Shown: piece by piece, positions 49,731 to 61,674 of the stretch
Layout: each line of letters opens with the position of its first letter
How positions within the stretch are numbered: position 1 is the first letter of the stretch
From: Leucoraja erinacea
Taxonomy: Eukaryota
Assembly (NCBI RefSeq): GCF_028641065.1
Contig: NW_026576090.1
Location: 62,001-126,000, forward strand
DNA: 64,000 nt
Direction: 5' to 3'
Notes under the pieces: generated by a model
The model's input: the letters and a program-made list of their open reading frames with translations, nothing else
Databases searched by the model: none
Told to the model about the DNA's origin: nothing
Program-made: the position numbers and the translations under genes

Positions 49731-51010
49731 GGGGATGGGGGAGAGAGGGGGGGGGGAGTGAAATAAGGGGGGAGGAGAGAAAGGAAGAGGTAGAGAAAGG
49801 GGGGGTAGGAGGAGGGGGAGGGGGGAGAGAGGGGGAGGGGAGAGATGGGGAGGGGGATGGGAGAGGAGGGAGGGGGAGAGGGGGGGGAGGGGAGAGAACA
49901 GGGGGGAGGAGGGAGAGAGATGTGGAGGGGAGAGAGAGGGGGAAGGAGAGATGGGGTGGAGGGGAGAGCAGGGGAGGAGAGAGATGGGAGGGAGAGGGCA
50001 GGGGAGGAGGAGAGGGGGGAGGGGATAGATGGGGAGCGGAGAGCAGGAGAGGGGGGAGGGGAGAGCAGGGGAGGAGAGGAGAGAGGGGGGAGGGGGATAG
50101 ATGGGGAGGGGAGAGAAGGAGAGGAGGAGAGAGGGGGGGAGAGGAGAGCAGGGGAGGAGAGAGATGAGGGGGGGGAGAGGGGGAGGGGAGGGAGGGGAGA
50201 GATGGGGAGGGGAGAACGGGGAGAGAGAGGGAGGGGAGAGAGAGGGGAGGAGAGGGAGGGGGAGAGGGGGGAGAGGGAGGGGAGGGGAGAGAGACAGGGG
50301 AGGAGAGGGGGGAGGGAGAGGGGGAGGGGGGGAGGGAGAGCAGGGGAGGAGGAGGAAGGTGGAGGGGAGAGAGGGGAGGGAGGAGAGGGAAGAGGGGAGA
50401 GAGGGGGAGGAGGAGGGGAGGGAGGAGAGAGGAGAGAGGGGAGGGAGGGAGAGGACAGGGAGAGGAGAGGGGGGGGAGGGGAGGCAGGGGAGGAGAGAGA
50501 GGGGAGGGAAGAGGGGGAGGAGAGGGGGAGGGGAGAGATGGGGAGGGGAGAACAGGGGGAGAGAGAGATGGGGGAGAGGGGGGGATAGGGGAGAGGAGGA
50601 GGAGGAGGAGGAGGGGGGAGGGGAGAGAGGGGGGGGGAGAGAGAACGGGAGGAGAGAGAGGAGGGGAGGGGAGAGAGGGGAGGGGAGAGAGAGCAGGAGA
50701 GGAGAGGGGGGAGGGGAGAGATGGGGAGGGGGGAGAGCAGGGGAGGAGGGAGGGGGGAGGGGAGAGATGGGGAGGGGAGAGCAGGGGAGGAGAGAGGGGG
50801 AGGGGAGAGAGAGGAGGGGAGGAGAGGCAGGGGAGGAGAGGAGGAGAGGGGAGAGATTGAGGGAGCGAGGGGGGGAGGGGAGAGATGGGGAGGGGAGAGA
50901 TGGGGAGGGGGAGAGAGGGGAGGAGAGAGAGGGGAGGAGAGAGGGGGGAGGGAGAGATGGGGAGGGGAGAGAGGGGGAGGAGAGAGGGAGGAGGGGAGAG
51001 AGGGAAAAGA
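49731..51010. repeat. ~1.3 kb polypurine (G/A) low-complexity tract
   Basis: Almost exclusively G and A on the + strand. Confidence 0.95.
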
Positions 51011-51199
51011 ACACAGTGAATCACCCACTATTTCTAGCAGCACCCAGTCATGTGGGGAGTGGTGGGGATGAGGGTGGGGGGGATGGGGTGGAGTTAACGC
51101 CCATGCCAGTGAGCCCCACCCAGGCGCAGGGGTGGGTGAGGGGAATGTGGGGGGGGGGGGGGGAGGGGAGTAGGGTGGTGGTGGGGGTCAGTATCTCAC

Positions 51200-51321
51200 C
51201 CACGCCGGTTAGCAGCACCCAGCTGCGGGGGGGGTGGGGGCAGAGAGCGATGGCCTTGCTCAGGGTCCTCGTCGTCTCCACTCGGCTCGACACCACCTCC
51301 TGCTGGAAGGAGCGGCTCCAC
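51200..51321 (-). CDS. SDR39U1: SDR39U1 exon 4
   Basis: WSRSFQQEVVSSRVETTRTLSKAIALCPHPPRSWVLLTGV-G. Confidence 0.93.
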
Positions 51322-51605
51322 CTGTGGGGAGAGGAGGCACTGAATCCCCCTCCCACCACCAGCGTCTGCCTCCCCCTCCTCACCCTCCCTTCCCTCTCCC
51401 CGCACCACCCTCTCCTCTCTCACTGTCTCCAACCCGTCCCTTCCTCCGTCCCCTCCCACCCTGATATCCTCCCCATCCCTTCCCCCTCCTCTCTCCCTCC
51501 TCTCCCCCCTCTCTCCCATCTCTCTCCCCCCTTTCCCAACTAACTCTATCTCCCCCATCCCTCTCCCCCCTCCCCTCTCTCTCCCCCTTCCCCTCTCTCA
51601 CTGAC

Positions 51606-51688
51606 CTCCGCAGTGGGTTGAGGACATTGGCTCCAGCCACATTCACCACGGCATCACAGGGGGGCAGGCCACGGGAGGCCACGTGTGT
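51606..51688 (-). CDS. SDR39U1: SDR39U1 exon 3
   Basis: THVASRGLPPCDAVVNVAGANVLNPLR-R. Confidence 0.93.
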
Positions 51689-51984
51689 CTGTAATACAGG
51701 GAATACAGGTCAGGAACACGGGTCAGATTGAACACTGGTCGGGGACACGGGTCAAGAACACGGACGGAGACACGGGTCGAGGACGGGTCAGGAACACGAG
51801 GTCGGGGGGGTCGGGGACACGGGTCAGGAACACGGACGGAGGGGGTCAGGGGTCGGGAACAGGGGTAGGGGACACGATTCAGGAACACGGGTCGCAGTCA
51901 GAGGGACGGGGGGGGAGAGGGGTAGGGGACAGATTGAACACGGGTCAGGGTCAGAGGGACAGGGGTGAGAGGGCATGGACTCAC

Positions 51985-52088
51985 CCAGGTGACCCCGGCC
52001 CCCGGTCTCCGGGAGACGAACTCCACCTCGTGACCTTTGCTCCTCAGGAGGCGGCTAAGGGCGGAGCCAACGAAGCCGGAGCCTCCGC
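51985..52088 (-). CDS. SDR39U1: SDR39U1 exon 2
   Basis: GGSGFVGSALSRLLRSKGHEVEFVSRRPGAGVTW; Rossmann GxxGxxG motif. Confidence 0.93.
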
Positions 52089-53498
52089 CTGCCCCAGAGA
52101 AACACAGCAGTCAGTGGCCCGACCCCGTGACCCCTGACCCCTCACCCCCATGACCCCTCACCCAGGACCCCTCAACCCGGGAAGCAGCCCTACCGTGACC
52201 ACTCACCCCCATGACTTGACACAACGACCTATGACCTCTGACCTGGGAAGCAGCCCGACCCTGTGATCTCTCACCCGACGAGCAGCCCAACCCCGCAACC
52301 TGTTGCCCCCAACCCCATGACGGATCGACCTGTGACCCCCGACCCGGGTAGCAAAAAGACACGTTGACATGTGAACCCTCAACCAAGCGAACAGCCTGAC
52401 ACGTTCACCCCTGACCCAAAGGAGAAAAAGGACATTTATTATCACATACACCAGTTGGTGTAGTGAAATTTGATTTGCCAAAGCAGCACACGAATAATGA
52501 TAAGACACAACATTAAAGAATTTAACAACATAAAAACATCCCCCCACAATGGTTCCCACTGTGGGGGAAGGCAGCAAAGTCCAGTCCCATCCCCTGATGG
52601 CATCCCTGCGCTGCGCCGCCGCCGAAGCTGTAGTCCCGGCCGGTCCAGACAGGAAAGGCCGCTCCAGTCTCGATGGTAGGCCGCGAGGAGGGAGGCCAAG
52701 AAGCAGCTCAGAGGGAAGCAGCCTCTACGATCAGGTAGTGACTAGGAAATAAAGTTTCCCCTTTCCCCTTCCCCCTCCCCCCACATAAAAGACTAGAAAA
52801 CCACCCAAAATAAACACTTTAACTCACTAAAAATAAAAAAAATGGGTGAAAGGACTAACAGCTGCAGGCGGGGCAGCCATACTCGACGGCGCCCCTGGGG
52901 AGGAACCTGACACTTCCTTCTGCAGTTGTACAGGGCCCTAGTGAGACCACACCTGGAGTATTGTGTGCAGTTTTGGTCCCCTAATTTGAGGAAGGACATT
53001 CTTGCTATTGAGGGAGCTCAGCATAGGTTCACCAGGTTAATTCCCGGGATGGCGGGACTGTCATATGCTGAGTGAATGGAGCGGCTGGGCTTGTACACTC
53101 TGGAGTTTAGAAGGATGAGAGGGTATCTCATTGAAACATATACGATTGTTAAGGGATTGGACACGCTAGAGGCAGGAAACATGTTCCCGATGTTGGGGGA
53201 GTCCAGAACCAGGGGCCACAGTTTAAGAATAAGGGGTCGGCCATTTGGAACGGAGACGAGGAAACACTTTTTCTCACGGAGAGTTGTGAGTCTGTGAAAT
53301 TCTCTGCCTCAGAGGGCGATGGAGGCCGGTTCTCTGGATGCTTTCAAGAGAGAGCTAGATAGGGCTCTTAAAAATAGCGGAGTCAGGGGATATGGGGAGA
53401 AGGCAGGAACGGGGTACTGATTGGGGATGATCAGCCATGATCACATTGAATGGCGGTGCTGGCTCGAGGGGCCGAGTGGTCTCTACTCCTGCACCTAC

Positions 53499-53514
53499 CG
53501 ATCAGAACCTTCAT
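53499..53514 (-). CDS. SDR39U1: SDR39U1 exon 1 coding part
   Basis: ATG AAG GTT CTG ATC G|GTAGGT = MKVLI-G; compare the human start MRVLVG. Confidence 0.85.
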
Positions 53515-54065
53515 CCCGCCGCTGTCTCCGTGACAACCCCGCGCCCTCTGGTCCCCCCTGGCCGGTGCTCTTGTCCCGGAGGAACCTCCTCGTTGGCGCT
53601 GGAGGACCCGCGGGGCTGGAGGACCGGCGCGGGGGGCGGGGCTAGAGGAACCGCGAGGGCGGGGCTTGAGTACCAGCGCGGGGGGCGGGGCTGACCTGCC
53701 GGGGGGGCGGAGTTGGAGGACCCGTGGGGCTGGAGGACCAGGGCGGGGGGCGGGGCTGGAGGAACGGGGACGGGGCTTGAGGGACCTGCGCGGGGGGCGG
53801 GGGAGTGGAGGACCCGTGGGGGGGCGGAGCTGGAGGACCAGCGCGGGGCGGGGGGGGGACGGGGCCTGGAGGGACCAGGGGCAACGGGGAGGGCGGAGCT
53901 GGAGGACCCGCGCGGGGCTGGAGGAAGCAAGGGGGCGGGGCTTGATGAGACGCGGAAGGGGGGCGGGGCTGGAGGACCAGGGATCGCGGGGGGGCGGGGC
54001 TGGAGGACCAGGCGCGGGGGGGCTGATGGGCGGGGGGCGGGGCTGAGGACCGCGCGGGGCGGAAG
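53515..54065. promoter_or_regulatory. Bidirectional CpG-island promoter for SDR39U1 and TTC5
   Basis: More than ten GGGGCGG(G/A)G GC boxes in a tandem GGGGCGGGGCTGGAGGACC unit, between divergent ATGs 551 bp apart. Confidence 0.75.
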
Positions 54066-54140
54066 ATGGCGGAGAGGGGGAGAGCCGCGGAGAGGAGAGG
54101 AGGAGGAGAAGGAGAGCGGAGCGCGGAGGAGAGGCGGGGA
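54066..54140 (+). CDS. TTC5: TTC5 exon 1 (probable)
   Basis: GAAGATGGCG start context; MAERGRAAERR..EERRG|GTGAGG; phase 0 matches exon 2. Low sequence conservation. Confidence 0.6.
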
Positions 54141-57100
54141 GTGAGGGGAGAGGAGAGAGAGATTAAAGTAATGAAAGAAAGAAAGAGAGAGAGAGGGAGG
54201 GAGAGAGAGAGGGAAGGAGATGATACGAGAGGGGAGAAGGACATGCTGGAGAGGGAGAGGAGGGGGAGGTTGGAGAGATGAGGGGGATGTACGTAAGTAA
54301 GTTTTATTTGTATAGCACGTTTAAATCAACTCGCGTTGAAACCAAAGTGCTTTACATAGAATAAATAATTAAGTTTCCGTTCATCCATAGAAAAAAGGAT
54401 GGAGAGAAGGAGATGATGGGGAGGGGGAGGGCAGGTTGGGGGGAGTGGGCAGGAAGGGGAGAGGGTAGGGGACTGGAGAGAGGAGGAGGAGGGGGATGGA
54501 GATGAAGGAGGAGAGGGCGGGGAAGGGGGAGGGGGAGGAAAGTTTCATTGTCATCTGTCCCGAAACAGAACAATGGAAACTCTCACTTGCGGCAGCAACG
54601 ACAGATGGAGAAACACACGGGGAGGAAACAGGCCCTTCGGCCCAACTTGCCCACACCGGCCAACATGTCCCCATCTACACTAGCCCCACCTGCCCGCACT
54701 TGGCCCATAATCCCTCCAAACCTGTCCCATCCATGTACCATTTTAAATGTTGTTACAGCACTTGCTTGTCCTCCGGCAGCTTGTTCCATACACCCACCAC
54801 CATCTGTGTGGAAATGTTACACCTCAGGTTCCTATTAAATCTCCTCCCCCCCCCATCTTAAACCTATGTCCTCTGATACCTCAAGAGATTCCGTGCTTTA
54901 CCAGATCAATATCAATACCCAATGAATGGCAGAGTAGACATGTTGGCTGAATTGCGGTGCAGGCTCGAAGGGCCGAATGGCCTACTCCTGCACCTAATTT
55001 CTATGTTTCTATGAATGGCCTAATTCTGCTCCTATCACCTATGACCAATCCCTCTCATGATTACTATACACATCTATAAGATCAACCCTCATCCTCCTGC
55101 CCTCCAAGACATGGAGACCCAGCCTACTGAACCTCTCCCTATAGATCAGGCCCTTGAGTCCTGGCAACATTTTTCTTTATACCCTCAGCATCTTCTCTGT
55201 ACCCTTTCCAGCTTGACAACATCTTACCTATAATATGGTAACTCAAACCAAACACAATACTCTAAATGCGGCCTCACCAACGTCTTATACAACTGCAGCA
55301 TGGCCCCCCAACTTCTATACTCAATACTCTGACTGATGAAGGCCAATGTGCTAAAAGCCTTGTTGACCACCTTATCTACCTGCGACTCAACCTTCAAGGA
55401 ACCATGCGCCTGTACTCCTAGATCCCTCTGCTCCACAACACTACCCGGAGGCCGACCATTCGCTGTGTAGGTCCTGCCCTTGTCCCAAAATGCAATACAT
55501 TTCTCTGTATTAAATTCCATCAAGCATTCACCTGCCCACATGGCCAATCGATCAAGATCCTGCTGCAATCGTTCACAACCACCTCCATTATCACCCAATT
55601 TTTTTTTTTATCATTTGCAAACTTGCGAATCTTACAGTGTATGTTCTCATCCAAATCCCCAGAGGCACACCACTAGTCACAGGTCTCCAGTCCAAGACGC
55701 AACCTTCCACCGTCACCCTCCGCTTCTTCCCATGAAGCCAATAAGCGAGTTCGGTATTCCGACTGCGCATGCCCAGGTCATAGGTCACTTGCGATAATCA
55801 TTCTTGGCAGCTGTGCAGGTCTGCGTTTCGTCCGGGGTCAGGGTCCGGATCTCCGGCGCTGTTGAGTTGCTGCTGGGCCACCCCTGTCCCCTCCCGGGTG
55901 TCCTGTCCCTGTCCGGGGAGGCTGGAGGCCCTGGGCTTGCAGCCAGCGCAGGAGGGAGGCGCTGGCACCGGCTCGGCTTTGGCTCCCGTTCCCCGGCGGG
56001 CTGGGGGGAGTCGGCTGCGACTCTCTCCTTCAGTTGTCGGTTGGCTGCCTTGGTGTGCCCAGGGGAGGGCCATTGGTGCTTGCACACACGGGCATTGGAG
56101 GGAGGCGGTCAGGCATCCGAGAAGGGTCTTGACCGAAACGTCACTCCCGTTCCCGGCGGGCCAGGGGATGCGTCTGTCCCGACTCTTGCTGCAGCGTTCT
56201 GTGGCTTGTCGGTTGGCCCCTGGTTGCTTGCAGGCTGGGTGGGGGCAGGGGCCATTGGTTGGGTTGGCGCACGCTGGCTGTGCACCTGCGGCCGGCGAAA
56301 CTCTGGGTCAGGCATCCCTTGGGGGGGGGGGGGGGGACCCGGGGGGTGGTAAAACCTCGCTTATTCCCATTTCTCCGGGGATGCTGCCTGGGATTATCCC
56401 TAATGAGTTGCTGCAGCGCAATCTCCTGTCCCCTTTGGCCCTCCGTTTGTTAAGGCTCCTGGTATGATCGCATCTGAATGGAATGGGGCGAATTTCCTTT
56501 ATTGTCATTGGCAGACCTTACGGTTCTGAACGAAAATTGTGGGCCTGCAGTCATACATACAATGATCTGGGTAATAACAACAATAAACACAAATTAACTT
56601 CCACCACAGTGAGTCCTCCAAACACCTCCTCACTGTGGTGGAGGCAAAAATCTTAGGGTTGCAGTCTCTCCCTCTGCGCTGAGGCGATTCCCCACCGGGC
56701 GATGGTATAAACAGTCCCGCAGCTCACCGAACCCCGAGAACGGGCCGGTTCAAACACTGCGGCCCGGGGTGGTCGAAGCCGCCGCACCTCCAGTCCAGCA
56801 CACGCAGCCGCCAGCCCGCGGCTGAACCCAGGACTCTGGACACCGCCGCCAGAACGTCGTCCCAGCCTCTTCATATACATCAATGGGATTGGACAGTGAA
56901 ACAGGTTCCCGATGTTGGGGGAATCCAGAACCAGGGGTCACTGTTTAAGAATAAGGGGTCAGCCATTTAGGACTGAGATGAGGAAAAACATTTTCACCCA
57001 GAGAATTGTGAATCAGTGGAATTCTCTGCCACAGAAGGCAGTGGAGGACAATTCACTAGATGTTTTTAAGAGAGATTTAGCTCTTAGGGCTAACTGAATC

Positions 57101-57621
57101 AATGGATACGGGGAGAAAACTGGAACGGGGTACTGAACGTGGATGATTAGCCGTGATCATATCGAATGGCGGTGCTGGCTTGAAGGGCCAAATGGCCTCC
57201 TCCTGCACCTGTTTACTATGTCCTCCCCCCCACCCCTCACCAACTTCTACAGATGTGCCGTAGAAAGCATTTAATCGGGATACATCATTGCCTGTGTTCG
57301 GAACAGCTCCATCCAAGACCACACGAAGTTGCAGTGAATTGGCCTCCACTGCCTTCTGTAGCAGAGAATTCCACAGATTCACAACTCTCTGGCTGAAGAT
57401 GCTTCTCCTCATCTCCATCCTAAATGGCCGACCCCTTATTCTTAAACTGTGACCCCCCTGGTTCTGGACTTCCCAAACATCGTGGGAAGGGACAGTTTGG
57501 GGGGGGAGGGGACAGTGGGGGTGGGAGAGTGGATCGTGGGAGGGTGGGGACATGGTGTGGGGGTGACAACAGTGTTGTGCGGGGAGCAGTCAAGTTGTGA
57601 TCCCCTCCCCCCCCCCCACAG

Positions 57622-57760
57622 GAGCAGGTGGAGCAGCTCTACACGTTCCGTGACACCTTCTTCCAGACGGAGGGGCCGGGGCCGGGAGGGGCCGAGGAGA
57701 GGCAGCGGCAGCTGCAGGAGAGGCTGCACCAGGTGCTGGAGGCCATCAGCAGCCTGGAGG
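57622..57760 (+). CDS. TTC5: TTC5 exon 2
   Basis: EQVEQLYTFRDTFFQT..LEAISSLE-G; compare human LVDQLYSFRDCYFET. Confidence 0.9.
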
Positions 57761-58913
57761 GTAGGCAGCACCTCACCCCTCCCTCCCTCACTCACTCCCT
57801 TCCCAACGGCAGCATGGATGGTCCTGAGCACCTCACCCCTCCTTCACTGCCTTCGCCCCCTCACTCATTCGCCCCCTCCCCTCACTCCCTCCACTCCCTC
57901 CTTCCCAAACTCCCAACGGCAGATTGGAGGGTAGGCAGCACCTCGCCCCCCATTCCCCTCCTCCCCCCGCCTCCTCTCCCCCCTTCCCTCTCTCCCCTGC
58001 CTGACTCACCCCGTGTGTGTGTGTGCATTAGACAATAGGTGCAGGAGTAGGCCATTCGGCCCTTCGAGCCAGCACCGCCATTCAATGTGATCATGGCTGA
58101 TCATCCACAATCCGTACCCCGATCCTGCCTTCTCCCCATATCCCCTGACTTCACTATCTTTAAGAGCCCTATCTAGCTCTCTCTTGAAAGCATCCAGAGA
58201 ACCAGCCTCCACCGCCCTCTGAGGCAGAGAATTCCACAGACTCACCACTCTGTGAGAAAAAGTGTTTCTTCGTCTCCGTTCTAAATGGCTTACCCCTTAT
58301 TCTTAAACTGTGTGGCCCCTGGTTCTGGACTCCCCCAACATCGGGAACATGTTTCCCGCCTCTAGCATGTGCAAACCCTTAATAATCTTATGTTTCAATA
58401 AGATCCCCTCTCATCCTTCTAAATTACAGCGTATACAAGCCCAGCTGCTCCATTCTATCAACATACGACAATCCCGCCATCCCTGGAATTAATCTGGTGA
58501 ACTTGCGCTGCATTCCCTCAATAGCAAGAATGTCCTTCCTCAAATATGGAGACCAAAACTGCACACAATACTCCAGGTATGGTCTCACTAGGGCCCTGTA
58601 CAACTGCAGAAGGACATATTTGCTCCTATACTCAACATGCCATTAGCTTTCTTCACTACCTGCTGTACCTGCATGCTTACTTTCAGTGACTGGTGAACAA
58701 GGACCCCCCAGATCCCGTTGAACTTCCCCTTTTCCCAACCTGACGCTGTTCAGATAATAATCTGCCTTCCGGTTTTTGCCACCAAAGTGGGTAACGTGAT
58801 TGGGGATGATCAGCCATGGTCACATTGAATGGGGGTGCTGGCTCGAGGTGTCTACTCCTGCATGATCTATGGTCGAATGTCTATAATCTGCCATCTGTTT
58901 GGTGCCACCCCAG

Positions 58914-59125
58914 GGCGGAGCGGGCACAAAGCCAGCGTGCTGCTGTTGAGGGGCAAGGCGTTGAACGTGCTGCCGGAGGGGAGCAGTGAGGCGGAGTCCG
59001 CCCTGTCCCGGGCGGTCAAGCTGCGGCCGGAGCTGCTGGAGGCCTGGAACCAGCTGGGCGAGGTCTACTGGAAACGTGGCGAGCTGGAGGCTGCACGCAC
59101 CTGCTTCACCGGGGCCCTGACCCAC
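58914..59125 (+). CDS. TTC5: TTC5 exon 3
   Basis: [49 protein letters not shown] (TPR repeats). Confidence 0.95.
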
Positions 59126-60041
59126 GTAAGGAGGGGCCGGGTGGGGGGGGGGGGGGGGTGAAACACGGTGGGGGGGGGGGGGAGGGAGGTGCACTGGAAG
59201 AACAGGGACAATAGACAATAGCAGGAGTAGGCCATTCGGCCCTTCGAGCCAGCACCGCCATTCATAGAAACATAGAAATTAGGTGCAGGAGTAGGCCATT
59301 CGGCCCTTCGAGCCTGCACCACCATTCAATATGATCATGGCTGATCATCCAACTCAGTATCCCGCACCTGCCTTCTCTCCACACCCCCTGATCCCCTTAG
59401 CCACAAGGGCCACATCTAACTCCCTCTTAAATATAGCAATGTGATCATGGCTGATCATCCCCAATCAGTACCCCGTTCCTGCCTTCTCCCCATATCCCCT
59501 GACTATCTTCAAATGCCCTATCTAGCTCTCTAGCTCTCTCTTGAAAGTATCCAGAGAACCGGCCTCCACCGCCCTCTGAGGCAGAGAATTCCACAGTCTC
59601 ACAACTCTCTGTGAGAAAAAGTGTTTCCTCGTCTCCGTTCTAAATGGCCGACCCCTTATTCTTAGACTGTGGCCCCTGGTTCTGGACTCCCCCAACATCG
59701 GGAACATGTTTCCGCCTCACTGCTCCCCTCCAGCAGCAGGTTCAACACCTTGCCCCTCAACAGCAGCACTCTGGCCTCAGTGGAGGCCGGTTCTCTGGAT
59801 ACTTTCAAGAGAGAGCTAGATAGGGCTTTTGAAGATAGTCAGGGGATATGGGGAGAAGGCAGGAACGGGGTACTGATTGGGGATGATCAGCCATGATCAC
59901 ATTGAATGGCGGTGCTGGCTCGAAGGGCCGAGTGGCCTCTACTCCTGCACCTATTGTCTATTGAACCCGTCCATGGTGTACGTGAGGGTGTGAGGTGTGA
60001 GGGTGTGTGTGTCAGTGTGTGGCCTGCTCCCCCCCCCCCAG

Positions 60042-60189
60042 TGCAAGAACAAGCAGTCTCTGCGGAACCTGTCCATGGTGCTGCGGCAGGTGCAGGGAAC
60101 GGCGCAGGAACGAGCCGCCAACATCATGCGCAGCGTGGAGCAGGCCCGCACCGCCGTGGAGATGGACGTCACCGACGGCAACTCCTGGT
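60042..60189 (+). CDS. TTC5: TTC5 exon 4
   Basis: [28 protein letters not shown]. Confidence 0.95.
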
Positions 60190-60515
60190 GTGAGTGGGGG
60201 GGGGGGGGGGGAATGGGGGAGGGGGGAAGTGTGGGGGGAGGGGGGATGCAGGGGGTGGGGGGAGGGGGGCTGCATGGAGTGTGTGGGGGGGGATGTGGGG
60301 GAGGGGGGGGGGTGTGTGGGGCATGGGGGAGGGGGAGTGTGTGGGGAGGGGGGTGCATGAAGATAGGGGGAGATGTTCCAGTCTGAGTGGGGGGGAAATA
60401 TAGGTGAAGGGGGTGTGAGGGCGGTTTGTGTGAGTGGGGGGGGGGGAACTTTGGGGGGTGGGGGGGATTCCCGGGAGGGGTGAGGGGGTCTCACTGACGG
60501 TTCCTCTCCCTACAG

Positions 60516-60607
60516 ACGTGCTGGGCAATGCCTACCTGTCGCTGTTCTTCGTGTCGGGGCAAAGTGATCGCGTCAGTCAGCAGGCGCTGGGAGCGTATAC
60601 ACAGGCC
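60516..60607 (+). CDS. TTC5: TTC5 exon 5
   Basis: YVLGNAYLSLFFVSGQSDRVSQQALGAYTQA. Confidence 0.95.
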
Positions 60608-60905
60608 GTGAGTCCCCCACCCCCACACCTCCGTCTCTCTGCCTCCCCCCCCCCCCCCACACTCTCCCCTCACTCACTCTCCCCCCCCACACTCTCCCCT
60701 CACCTCTCTCCCCCCCTCTCACACACTCTCCCCCTCACACTCTCTCCTCCCCACACTCTCCCCCCCCACACTCTCTCCCCCACACCTCTCCCCCACTCAC
60801 CCCCCCACTCTCTCCCCCCTCACTCTCCTCCCCCCCACTCCCTCAACTCTTACTCTGCCCTCTCTCCGCCCCCCACTCACTCTCTCTCTCCCACTCTTCC
60901 CCCAG

Positions 60906-60965
60906 GAGAAGGTTGATGCATCATCCGTCAACAAACCCCGACCTGCACCTCAAAACCGATCGACC
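60906..60965 (+). CDS. TTC5: TTC5 exon 6 (compensating +1/+2 A insertions)
   Basis: EKVDASSVN..; the expected NPDLHLNR reads in a shifted frame. Confidence 0.85.
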
Positions 60966-61310
60966 GTGAGTGTCTGTGGGAGGGGGGAGACAGAGACAGT
61001 GTGGGGGGGGGGGGGGGGCATGGAAGGGGAGTGGACCTCAAGAGTTGGAGTGAAAGGGGACGGGGGCTCAGGGAGGGGGGGGGGGAGTTGGAGTGAAGGG
61101 GGAGGGGGGGGCTTTCAGGGAGGGGGAGGAGTTGGAGTGGGGGGGTCAGGGAAGGTGAGGGGTGGGATAGTTGGAGTTAAGGGGAGGGGGGTTTCAGGGA
61201 GGGGGAGGGGTGGGAGTGGGGGGTCAGGGAAGGTGAGGGGTGGGAGAGGTGGAGTGAAGGGGTAGGGGGTGGGGGGGGTAGGGGCCGTCTGACCCGTTGC
61301 CCACCCACAG

Positions 61311-61457
61311 CTACACCGGTACGAGGAGCGCTACCAGGCGGCACTGGCCGGGCTGGCGAGGGCAGCGGCGCTGGACCCCGCCTCCACCGAGCCGGCACTC
61401 CGCGAACAACAACTCCTCACCTACCTGAGCCGAGTGTCCACCCTCGTACAGCAACGG
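61311..61457 (+). CDS. TTC5: TTC5 exon 7
   Basis: LHRYEERYQAALAGLARAAALDPASTEPALREQQLLTYLSRVSTLVQQR. Confidence 0.95.
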
Positions 61458-61674
61458 GTGAGGGGGGCACTGGGGGCGGGGGGAGAGTGGGAGAGGGAGG
61501 GAGAGACTGAGGGGGAGGAGGGAAAGAGAGGGGAGAGAGACTGAGGGGGAGGGGGAGGGATGTTGGGTGTGGGGAGAGTAGGGGGTGGGGGAGAGAGTGA
61601 GGGGGAAAGAGAGTGTGAGGGAGGGAGAGAGAGAATTGGGGGGGAGAGAGAGGGATAGGGGGGTAGAAACAGGA

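Noticed and set aside
49418-51543. Long 446-541 aa Pro/Ser/Leu- or Gly/Arg/Glu-rich ORFs
   Set aside because: Stop-free translations of a polypurine intron; only the embedded SDR39U1 exons are real.
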